A stretch of 36,008 bases of DNA, from the UHGV virus genome UHGV-0138922. One strand, given 5' to 3'. Of the stretch, positions 17,866 through 25,655 are shown piece by piece. Source of the stretch: a virus. The notes under the pieces were generated by a model. The model was not told where the DNA came from. It worked only from the letters and a program-made list of their open reading frames with translations, and did not search any database. Every line of letters begins with the position of its first letter. Position 1 is the stretch's first letter. A program made the position numbers and the translations under genes.

Positions 17866-17890
17866 AAAAGCCACCCCGAAGGATGGCTTA
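17866..17890 (-). terminator. Strand-specific rho-independent terminator (UUCG loop)
   Basis: Minus-strand RNA AGCCAUCC-UUCG-GGGUGGCU (one G.U wobble, a C.A mismatch on plus strand) followed by a U-run. Confidence 0.7.
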
Positions 17891-17894
17891 AAAA

Positions 17895-18017
17895 TTATTT
17901 GGTCTTGCGGCCTCGTTTTGCTGTGGCTTTCGCCGTAACTTCTTCTACTTCTGGAATCACTACAGCTTCATGTTCTGGTAGCGGTTCAGGTTCTGGTAAA
18001 TGAAGTTCTTCGTTAGT
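17895..18017 (-). CDS. Putative UGA-readthrough C-terminal extension of major tail protein (40 codons: TNEELHLPEPEPLPEHEAVVIPEVEEVTAKATAKRGRKTK)
   Basis: In frame with the upstream gene after UGA, no internal stop, UAA stop 4 nt before the terminator hairpin; similar in peptide and nucleotide blocks to the capsid extension. Confidence 0.5.
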   Translation of the reverse strand, partial: TNEELHLPEPEPLPEHEAVVIPEVEEVTAKATAKRGRKTK

Positions 18018-18494
18018 TCAACCGCCAGTGGTAAACACTTCCTGTTTCAGCGGAGCACCATCAACAGCAAAGGTAAACTCTTTAGTTACCACTTCTTCAT
18101 CGCCACCGTTCATAGCAACTTTAGAAATAAAGCCGTTGTAAGCGATACGAATACCAGTCTGTTTGCCAGCGTCCACATAATATTCTACTTTGATTTGGCA
18201 GCGAGTGCCGTCTTCGGCAGCTTTTGCGAGCTTCTCGTGTACCGCATCACCTGGGATATAGTTAACGGTCAGAGTCAGATCTTCAACGTTCAGTTTACCA
18301 ACCAGCTTACGGTTATACTGAGAAGAATAGCTCTTAACTTCTACCGTCCCGCGAGACAAAGAATATTCAGGAAAACCAGCGCACTCTTTAATTTCTTCGT
18401 ATGCTTCATCAGCAAGATCGGTATTAGTGGTATCAGCGTGATAGAACAGACTTACCAGACCACCAGTAAAAATATCTTTGAATTGTTGAGACAT
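18018..18494 (-). CDS. Major tail (tube) protein
   Basis: 158 aa, immediately upstream of the G/T chaperones and tape measure gene; paralogous to the N-terminal part of 21920-22753. Confidence 0.6.
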   Translation of the reverse strand: MSQQFKDIFTGGLVSLFYHADTTNTDLADEAYEEIKECAGFPEYSLSRGTVEVKSYSSQYNRKLVGKLNVEDLTLTVNYIPGDAVHEKLAKAAEDGTRCQIKVEYYVDAGKQTGIRIAYNGFISKVAMNGGDEEVVTKEFTFAVDGAPLKQEVFTTGG

Positions 18495-18567
18495 ATAATT
18501 ACCCCTTAATTGAATTTGTTATAACGGGGGAACTAGTCCCCCGACTTTTATTATTTAGTTGATGTTA

Positions 18568-21500
18568 TTATTCGTTTTCTACCCAGATTTCACGCGGAAC
18601 GAAGTTAGAATCTTGAATGTTCTTAAAGATTTTACCGCTAGAGTGAAGTTGGATTTTAATCCATCCACCGTTACCAGCCAGGTAATAGTTCCCGTCATTG
18701 GCAAAACGGATAAAATGGTTAAATCCTGCGGCGTCAAGAATCCACACATTACGGAAGCGGAGATCTTGTGGTAAACCTCCGGTCTGGGTATTACCAGGGA
18801 GAGTACCGGACCAGATTTTAGTACAACCTTTCGTCTTTTTGATATAACGACCGTCAAAGTTACCGTAATCAGTTGGTGTAACTCGACCAGTTACGTTTAC
18901 TGCTTTGTTTGCGGTGATTGCACCGGAAGTAAAACGCATTACTGCCACATTGTTAGCATATACATCTAAAATACCGTCGCCGTTTTGCTTAAAGCCAGTA
19001 TCACTATCACCCAAAACAATTGAGTTGCCACCTAATCCATTAGCAACGTTTACACCAAATGCGCTAATTTGCGGGGTAGTAACCTTACCAGAAACGTTCA
19101 AGTTTTGTGCGTTGATTTGTCCATTTACACTAAACTGAATCGCTGTAGTTCCTGGACCACCTGCACGCTGTGTATAGAAGTGCCAACCGCTTTCATCAGC
19201 CCACTCTAAAACCTGTTTACGATCAGCATTACCCCAAACACGACAGTTAAACGAGGATTGTGCTGTACCTTTACCCCATGTCAATTTACCACCAACTTCA
19301 AAGTCTCCTAAGAAGTTTGCTTTCAATCCACCAGTAGCCATATTACGCTCGGTGCTGAAATGACGTCCTTTGCTATCTTCCACATACAGGACGTTATCAC
19401 GACCGTTACTGCTATCACCCCAATGGTTAAAGCGAATAAAATCGCGGGATTGTCCAGCAAGTCCGGCTTCCATCGTTATATGCTGTCCAGTATTATATAA
19501 GTTACCGCCAGTATAAACATGTCCACCAAATCTAGCTGCTTTGCTTGCACCTTCTAAGGTCAATGCGGATTTATTGGAATCACCACCTAAATTAACGTTA
19601 CCGGAACTAAATTCATAAATGAATGGACGGTTTCCAGTCCAGCTACCCCATTTATCATTTTCGGCAGTAGACAGAAGATAGGTTTTAACACCATCATTTC
19701 GCCAGAATGCACCGTAATTACCGTAAATCATACGATATGCATCAGCGTTAGTTGAAATATATTGCCCGTTGGTATGGACAATTTTTGTTGCACCAACATT
19801 AAGAGAGATCTGACCGCTTTGTTCTAACGCAAAGTTGTTTTTACCAGCATCACTATAGATCTGGAATGCGTTAGTGTCGGCATTACCAAAACCAAACCAT
19901 GATTGACGAACGTTAGCACCGTTACGACGATCCCAATATTCAACAAGGTTACTATTCCCTGTCTGGCGTTCTAAACGAATATTACCACCATCAAGAACAG
20001 CACGACCAGTTTGCAGCGTGCGGTCGGTAATTTTAAGAACTTCGTTTGAGTCAGTAGTGCCAGTAGCTAGGCGGTACATGCTACCCTGAACAGTTTCATG
20101 CCAAATAGTATGACCTGATTTACTACGGAACTGACGAAGATATTTTTTACCATCACCAGTATCATTACACAAACTGATAATATCGTAAGTTCCCTGTGTA
20201 TTATCATCAAAACGAATAGTTCCGGCTTTGTTCTCTGTGTTAAACATGGTAATTACTTTACCATCAGTAACACCAGTGGACGGCTTAACGAGAGTTATTT
20301 CAGGAACGTCATGTACCGTCAGTGTAACATCGTTAGTTTTACCATATTCGACAATAACGTTATCAGTATAACGACCGTAGTTAACGTAGATATCGTAGTT
20401 ATCACCGGAAGTGTTAACCGCAAATACTTGATGAATATTTTTAGCATTTCGACGATAAGCCGCAATACTAACGCCTTTCGGGTTATTGTTACCGGAACGG
20501 ATAACAATTTCTACAAAATCAACCTGATCATAGGAGTTAACGTTATAGCCGTTACCACCGAAGATACGAAGCATTACCATTCGACCATTCTGTGGGATCG
20601 TGGCGGTTGCAATCTTGAAATAACCACGAGAAGCATCACCAGCAGGAACAGACATTTTAACGTTCTTAATGAACATCTGGTCTACTGCGGCCTTGCTATA
20701 CACACCCAATTCATCGGGAGTCGGCTTATCCCCTTCGTGATACATGCGGTAACTGAATCGCTTATTACCATCTTTATCAAAGCCATAGGTTTTAACCTGA
20801 GATGAGCTAGACCCATAATGGAACTCAAAACCGCGACCGTGAGCTTTACCGCCAGAATGAGGAATGTTCAGGATCAAGTTACCCCATCCTTCGGCATTAT
20901 TCGGACGAAACGCACCAAAATAATCAAGGTTACGTGCGCCAGCATCATCAAAGTAGTTAGCTGTTTTGGTTAACAGATACCCGTGATGATAGGTATTGGT
21001 ATTCTTCTTGATGTAAATTGCATCGTTGCTACCTTCAATACCATCAATTCGCTGGTTAGCTGCGGCAATCGCTGCATCGGTGGCAGATTTATTTTGGTCT
21101 ACCTTGTTGTTAATTGCGGTGTGGTTGCTATTAACAGTGCCAGTAAGGTTACTGATTTTAGTATCAGCGTCTTTCTTGTTATTTGCTACCGTGGTTTCAA
21201 TAGCCGATTTGTTGGACGCAACCGTGCTAGTTAAGCTAGAGATCTTGCTATCAGCATCAGACTTGTTAGCGGTAACAGTCTTAGTTAAGTTGCTAACGTT
21301 AGTGTTAGTGGTATCAACTCGGCTATTAATTGCGGTGTTATTGTCAGTAACCGTAGTGGTTAAAGCTGTGATTTTGTTGTCCGCATCTCGTTTGTTATTA
21401 GCTACGGTAGTTTCAATAGCTGATTTGTTTGCCGAAACTGTCCCCGTAAGGTTATTGATCTTGGTGTCAGCGTCGGTTTTATTTGCCGTGACTGTCTGGG

Positions 21501-21846
21501 TTAAGTTACTAACAGTGGTGTTAGTAGCATCAATGCGCTTATTGGTTGCGGTGTCTTTAGTGGTAATGGTGTTATTCAGTTCAGATTTAGCGGTAGCCAG
21601 AGCGTTAGCAGCTTCGGTTTTATTTGCCGCGATAGTAGAATCAGTAGTTTTCTTGTTATTGTCTACTTTTGTGTTTAAAGCATTATGACTTTCAGGAGAA
21701 ACACTTACTTGAACTACTGCGTTATTTTTATCTTTGGTATAAATTACATGGTCTGCCATCTGAATAGCGATTTCACCGACCTGTAATTGTTCCGGCGTTG
21801 GCTTTTTACCAGCCGTCTGTGTGCGTTTAAATTGGATTGATTGCAT
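18568..21846 (-). CDS. Tail fibre protein (1092 aa) with N-terminal Thr/Asn-rich repeat shaft
   Basis: N-terminal KPTPEQLQVGE-type motif, tandem ~66-aa repeats, Gly-rich C-terminal region; GTGAGGTG ribosome-binding site. Confidence 0.7.
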   Translation of the reverse strand: MQSIQFKRTQTAGKKPTPEQLQVGEIAIQMADHVIYTKDKNNAVVQVSVSPESHNALNTKVDNNKKTTDSTIAANKTEAANALATAKSELNNTITTKDTATNKRIDATNTTVSNLTQTVTANKTDADTKINNLTGTVSANKSAIETTVANNKRDADNKITALTTTVTDNNTAINSRVDTTNTNVSNLTKTVTANKSDADSKISSLTSTVASNKSAIETTVANNKKDADTKISNLTGTVNSNHTAINNKVDQNKSATDAAIAAANQRIDGIEGSNDAIYIKKNTNTYHHGYLLTKTANYFDDAGARNLDYFGAFRPNNAEGWGNLILNIPHSGGKAHGRGFEFHYGSSSSQVKTYGFDKDGNKRFSYRMYHEGDKPTPDELGVYSKAAVDQMFIKNVKMSVPAGDASRGYFKIATATIPQNGRMVMLRIFGGNGYNVNSYDQVDFVEIVIRSGNNNPKGVSIAAYRRNAKNIHQVFAVNTSGDNYDIYVNYGRYTDNVIVEYGKTNDVTLTVHDVPEITLVKPSTGVTDGKVITMFNTENKAGTIRFDDNTQGTYDIISLCNDTGDGKKYLRQFRSKSGHTIWHETVQGSMYRLATGTTDSNEVLKITDRTLQTGRAVLDGGNIRLERQTGNSNLVEYWDRRNGANVRQSWFGFGNADTNAFQIYSDAGKNNFALEQSGQISLNVGATKIVHTNGQYISTNADAYRMIYGNYGAFWRNDGVKTYLLSTAENDKWGSWTGNRPFIYEFSSGNVNLGGDSNKSALTLEGASKAARFGGHVYTGGNLYNTGQHITMEAGLAGQSRDFIRFNHWGDSSNGRDNVLYVEDSKGRHFSTERNMATGGLKANFLGDFEVGGKLTWGKGTAQSSFNCRVWGNADRKQVLEWADESGWHFYTQRAGGPGTTAIQFSVNGQINAQNLNVSGKVTTPQISAFGVNVANGLGGNSIVLGDSDTGFKQNGDGILDVYANNVAVMRFTSGAITANKAVNVTGRVTPTDYGNFDGRYIKKTKGCTKIWSGTLPGNTQTGGLPQDLRFRNVWILDAAGFNHFIRFANDGNYYLAGNGGWIKIQLHSSGKIFKNIQDSNFVPREIWVENE
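21140..21565 (-). repeat. Tandem coding repeats (~200 bp unit, ~2 copies, with ~22-codon sub-periodicity) inside the fibre gene
   Basis: Protein repeats VSNLTQTVTANKTDADTKINNLTGTVSANKSAIETTVANNKRDADNKITAL... / VSNLTKTVTANKSDADSKISSLTSTVASNKSAIETTVANNKKDADTKISNL... Confidence 0.7.
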
Positions 21847-21874
21847 CTAATCACCTCACATAAAACAGGAATAA

Positions 21875-21892
21875 GGGAGGCGTTAACCTCCC
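21875..21892 (-). promoter_or_regulatory. Intergenic hairpin (GGGAGG-cgttaa-CCTCCC) upstream of the fibre gene, possible attenuator
   Basis: Palindromic GC stem between the 277-aa gene stop and the fibre ribosome-binding site. Confidence 0.3.
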
Positions 21893-21919
21893 CGCGTCAT
21901 GTTTTATTTAGAGAAGTGA

Positions 21920-22753
21920 TCAGTATTCCCCGAAGTCGATTCTATCAGTCTTAGCAACCGCATTAATTTCGGCTGGCGTTGGCTTCTCATTTGTTGTATA
22001 GACTTTAATCCATTCCGATTTTCCGTTGTCCTGAATATTTCGTACCCGCAAACGTGGAGCACCGGAAGTATTACACGTTAATTGCCATGCGCCATGCTCA
22101 TTAGCTTGAAGATGAATTAACGATGTATCAGCACCATAAGGGTTAGTGCTAGCCGTTCCTTTGTAGGTTACGAAGCGGTTTCCTGTCAGAGATTCACTAT
22201 CAATAGGTCCGGTGAAAGGATTTACACCAGCGCCCAGACCAAAATCACCCTGACGCAAGATCCGGCCTTCGGTTGCAATACCCCTTGCAAGAATCCCGCC
22301 ATCTGGTTCTAGTTTGAATTCCATAGTTACAGCTTTGTTATCACCGCCACGAGTTTTATGGCTAGTGACATAAGCATCATAAATGACATAGTAACCAGTG
22401 TTAGCAGCACTATAGCCAGAGTTCACAACATAGAACATTCTAAAGCGCAAAGGTGTTTTATCCTCTACGGCTTTCATCAACATTGCTTGATGTTCGTCGT
22501 CAAGAACACGGTTTACTGTGAGCGTAGTCGGTTCAAGTTTGCGATAGCCAGCCAGCTTACCAGTCGCATCATGATCATACTCTTCGTAAGTCTCGATCTC
22601 GGTTGATTCTGTCAGCGTAGGAAAGGCTGCGATGTTCTCCATACCACTAAAGCTAGGATCGAAAAAGTCGACCTGATTGTCTAGCTGGTTAGAGATCGAC
22701 ACTTCAACATGCGACCCCGTAAAAATATCTAAGTTATCATGTGTAATATTCAT
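21920..22753 (-). CDS. Tail tube-like protein with extra C-terminal domain (277 aa), paralog of the major tail protein
   Basis: Shares DIFTG, LTLTVN and VDG/EPDG blocks with 18018-18494; C-terminal ~120 aa additional. Confidence 0.55.
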   Translation of the reverse strand: MNITHDNLDIFTGSHVEVSISNQLDNQVDFFDPSFSGMENIAAFPTLTESTEIETYEEYDHDATGKLAGYRKLEPTTLTVNRVLDDEHQAMLMKAVEDKTPLRFRMFYVVNSGYSAANTGYYVIYDAYVTSHKTRGGDNKAVTMEFKLEPDGGILARGIATEGRILRQGDFGLGAGVNPFTGPIDSESLTGNRFVTYKGTASTNPYGADTSLIHLQANEHGAWQLTCNTSGAPRLRVRNIQDNGKSEWIKVYTTNEKPTPAEINAVAKTDRIDFGEY

Positions 22754-22762
22754 TATTACCCC

Positions 22763-23185
22763 TTAAAAACGCGCTAGATAAGAAAATTTAAGACTAAGTG
22801 TCCCAACGATACCCCCATCACTAGAATCATCGTCATAATCGGTATTAGAAGCGACTGGAGTTATATCTGAAATGGAGAAGCCCAAATCTTTAAAACGTGG
22901 GTTATCTGGCTGAATCTGGATTATCTGGCAAATACCCTCATGAATTTTCGTTTCATGAATCTGAGAATATAATTGCATTTCGATAACGCATTCAGCTTGC
23001 ATTGCATTACCACCACGGACCCTAGTGTAAGTCTCATTCATTCCGGTAATCCAACACACCACGTCATCGCTAAAACCAGTTTGAGTTTGTTCTACGTTTA
23101 AAGCCAGACCTAGATCTTGTTCGATAATATCCTGTAAAGCACGTTTAATCTTAAGACGTGGCATATTATTAACGGTAGCGAGCAT
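22763..23185 (-). CDS. Head-tail joining / neck protein (putative)
   Basis: Position between capsid and tail genes; AGGGGGTG ribosome-binding site supports the internal ATG near 23185. Confidence 0.4.
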   Translation of the reverse strand: MLATVNNMPRLKIKRALQDIIEQDLGLALNVEQTQTGFSDDVVCWITGMNETYTRVRGGNAMQAECVIEMQLYSQIHETKIHEGICQIIQIQPDNPRFKDLGFSISDITPVASNTDYDDDSSDGGIVGTLSLKFSYLARF

Positions 23186-23459
23186 GAGCACCCCCTGCTA
23201 AAGTGATAAAGCAATCAGTGGTATTATCACCATTGCGCTTAATGTATTGAACTTTGAAACGCTGACTTTCTACAATGACAATATCACCTTGCTTTAAATC
23301 TCCCTCACGACAGAATAAGAATTCTGTTTCTGTCATTACCCCTTGTTCGTCGGTAGTAGTAATTTCATGGTAAGCACGAATTGATTTACCACCTTCCACC
23401 ACAAAAACAGGAGCACTCTTAAACATTCGATTTAATTGTGATTCTGATAATTTGAACAT
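23169..23459 (-). CDS. Head-tail adaptor / head completion protein (putative)
   Basis: First gene after the capsid terminator; GGGGGTG ribosome-binding site before the ATG. Confidence 0.4.
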   Translation of the reverse strand: MFKLSESQLNRMFKSAPVFVVEGGKSIRAYHEITTTDEQGVMTETEFLFCREGDLKQGDIVIVESQRFKVQYIKRNGDNTTDCFITLAGGAHARYR

Positions 23460-23495
23460 AGTCACCCCCTTTTATGGAGTATTTACATACAAAAA

Positions 23496-23517
23496 AGCCC
23501 CACCGTTAGGCAGGGCT
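23496..23517 (-). terminator. Strand-specific rho-independent terminator
   Basis: Minus-strand RNA AGCCCUGCC-UAAC-GGUGGGGCU with two G.U wobbles, followed by a U-run. Confidence 0.65.
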
Positions 23518-23522
23518 AATTA

Positions 23523-23609
23523 TTATTTTGCTTTCGGCGGGCGACCCGCCTTTTTAGCTGTGGCTTTCACCGTAACTACCGGAATTTCTTCCGGCAATTC
23601 TTCGTTATT
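23523..23609 (-). CDS. Putative UGA-readthrough C-terminal extension of the capsid polyprotein (28 codons: NNEELPEEIPVVTVKATAKKAGRPPKAK)
   Basis: In frame after UGA, UAA stop immediately before the terminator; parallels the major tail extension. Confidence 0.5.
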   Translation of the reverse strand, partial: NNEELPEEIPVVTVKATAKKAGRPPKAK

Positions 23610-25613
23610 TCATTCAGCGCCAATCTGAAGAACTTTCAGAGCTTCCGGCTGAGTAACAACATAATCCAGATCTACCCAGATACGCGGAACGATAGCAGAC
23701 TGTGCACGGTAGGTAGTGTCGTCCATATCCAATTCCAGACCGCCCCACTCACCGATAGTGATGCCGGAGAAGTCACCCAGAACGATGTGATCTGCCGGAA
23801 TAACACCAGAAGTAACTACTTCGTAACCAGCCAGTTTGCCGTTTTCGATGATATAACCGGAAACGCCGTTATCTTTCAGGGTAGATTCCAGTTCGGCAGC
23901 AGTTGCACCGCTCATCGCAAACTTGATCGCCTGAGCAGGAACGCCAGCGTCGGTCAGTTTAGCAATTTCTTTCAGGAAATCTTTGTAAGAGAAAGCAGCT
24001 TTCTTCTCAACGCGGCTAGCGTCTACCAGTTGCTTAACCAGACCAGCCGGACCACGAGCATTTTCTTTGTCAGACAGAATCAGTTGTTCCAGTTTGATAC
24101 GAACAGCTTTGTTAATGTGGTCAGTGATCAGGGTAGCGATACCCGGAACGGTTTTCAGAGACTGACGGCTAATCGGGTTGCCACCAGCGAAAGTCTTAGG
24201 AGACAGTTTCACGTTCGCAAATTCAGCTTTGCTTTCCGGCGCAGCACCGTTTTCATCAACGAAGCCGAAAGCATCAACGCTGGATTTAGTCATTTTTGGA
24301 ATAGCAGTCGGAGAAGTCAAGCCACTATAAACAGTCACACCCAGACGACCCAGAACAGATTCCGGCATCAGCATTTCGATGTAGGATTCAGTCATCAGTT
24401 TTTCGTCGGTGATAGCAGTCAGATCGGCTTTGGTGTTACCAGCAGCAGCAGCACGCATAGCAGCAGCCGGAACGAATACAGAGCCACCACGAGCAGCACG
24501 ACCACGCTGCATAGTTGCAGTAGCAGCCATTGCAGAAAACTCGGCTTCGTTAGCACCCAGAGCTTCACCATCTACCAGAGAGCGAATTACGTTGTTCAGG
24601 TCAAAAGTTTTTTCCATTTTAGAGTCCTTAATTTGTTCGTTATTACGTTGAGCATTGGTAATGTTATTTAGTGCCTTAGTGCGGAATGCTTCCGGCGTCA
24701 TATCTTTAACTGCCAATGCGCGTTTTAATTCTTCGTCGTCAATATTTAGTTCGCGTGCAATTTCGCGAATTTCTAATTCGTCTTCTTCGGAACGTTCAGC
24801 CACTTCAATTTTTTCTTCTTCAACCGGAGCAGCTTCACGTTCTTCTGTCATTTCTTCTTCTTCCCGAACAGTTCCACGATCATCATCAGAACTTTCAGAA
24901 TGTTCAGCGTCTTTTCCGTCTTCGAGATTTTCATTTTCTTCATTCTCTTCAACTTGGCGCTCTTGAGTTTCTTCTACTTCCGGTTCTTTATTTTCTTCTA
25001 CCGGAGTTTCTTCAACCTGAGCGACTTCTTTTTCTTCGTCTTTAACTTGTTCGATTTGTTCTTTAGTCATATCGCGTTTAGCCTCCAAATTAACTGTGAT
25101 AGTATTTAGAGAGCGATTTAGACCGACAGAATCGTCTGCGGGCACAGACACCCATGAAATCTCATGAGGAATCCACTTAGTAACAATCAATTGTCCTTTA
25201 GCGTAATCGATGTGATATTCTTTAATGTCATAACCGACAGAAATTTTTTCCATCGTACCTTCAATGACTTTATTACGAATATCATTAGCCAAAGTACCAT
25301 GCTTAGAGAATTTAACAGTAGCACGGCCTACTTTATCCGCATCGATTCGAGCGTTACAGACAACACCAATGTGATTATCGAAATTATGATTGAACAGCAA
25401 CGGAGCGTTATTATTCAGGCGAGACAGATCAACCGCTTCCGGTGTATGTAACAGAATTTCATCTAATACCACCATCTCTTGATTTTGCTCATCCCAGAAT
25501 TGGCGCTGGTAAGGCTGTTCACTGGAGAAAGCAATTTCAAATTCGTATTGATCGTTATGCCCTTCGTTAATAACTCCACCGTAACCGTTAAGATCGCGGC
25601 GAAATTTAAGCAT
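23610..25613 (-). CDS. Prohead protease - acidic scaffold-like linker - HK97-fold major capsid protein (single 667-aa ORF)
   Basis: N-terminus resembles HK97-type prohead protease (LLFNHNFDNHIG, ISVGYD, HEISWVSVPAD); ~150-aa Glu-rich linker; C-terminal ~330 aa HK97-like capsid domain; AAGGTGA ribosome-binding site. Confidence 0.8.
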   Translation of the reverse strand: MLKFRRDLNGYGGVINEGHNDQYEFEIAFSSEQPYQRQFWDEQNQEMVVLDEILLHTPEAVDLSRLNNNAPLLFNHNFDNHIGVVCNARIDADKVGRATVKFSKHGTLANDIRNKVIEGTMEKISVGYDIKEYHIDYAKGQLIVTKWIPHEISWVSVPADDSVGLNRSLNTITVNLEAKRDMTKEQIEQVKDEEKEVAQVEETPVEENKEPEVEETQERQVEENEENENLEDGKDAEHSESSDDDRGTVREEEEMTEEREAAPVEEEKIEVAERSEEDELEIREIARELNIDDEELKRALAVKDMTPEAFRTKALNNITNAQRNNEQIKDSKMEKTFDLNNVIRSLVDGEALGANEAEFSAMAATATMQRGRAARGGSVFVPAAAMRAAAAGNTKADLTAITDEKLMTESYIEMLMPESVLGRLGVTVYSGLTSPTAIPKMTKSSVDAFGFVDENGAAPESKAEFANVKLSPKTFAGGNPISRQSLKTVPGIATLITDHINKAVRIKLEQLILSDKENARGPAGLVKQLVDASRVEKKAAFSYKDFLKEIAKLTDAGVPAQAIKFAMSGATAAELESTLKDNGVSGYIIENGKLAGYEVVTSGVIPADHIVLGDFSGITIGEWGGLELDMDDTTYRAQSAIVPRIWVDLDYVVTQPEALKVLQIGAE

Positions 25614-25655
25614 TTAATCACCTTTAATTAATTGGGGGCATTGCGCCCCCGTTGG

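Noticed and set aside
18018-18020. Selenocysteine decoding of the in-frame UGA codons at 18018 and 23610
   Set aside because: No SECIS-like hairpin in the 10-40 nt immediately downstream of either UGA; near-cognate readthrough is the simpler explanation.
18000-18509. 169-aa plus-strand ORF
   Set aside because: Antisense to the major tail protein gene and its extension; no ribosome-binding site.
21026-21688. 220-aa Leu/Val/Ala-rich plus-strand ORF
   Set aside because: Antisense to the tandem-repeat part of the fibre gene; repeat-driven open frame.
23787-25109. Several plus-strand ORFs (294, 103, 109, 69 aa)
   Set aside because: All antisense to the capsid polyprotein gene; Ser/Phe/Leu-rich low-complexity translations of the Glu-rich linker.
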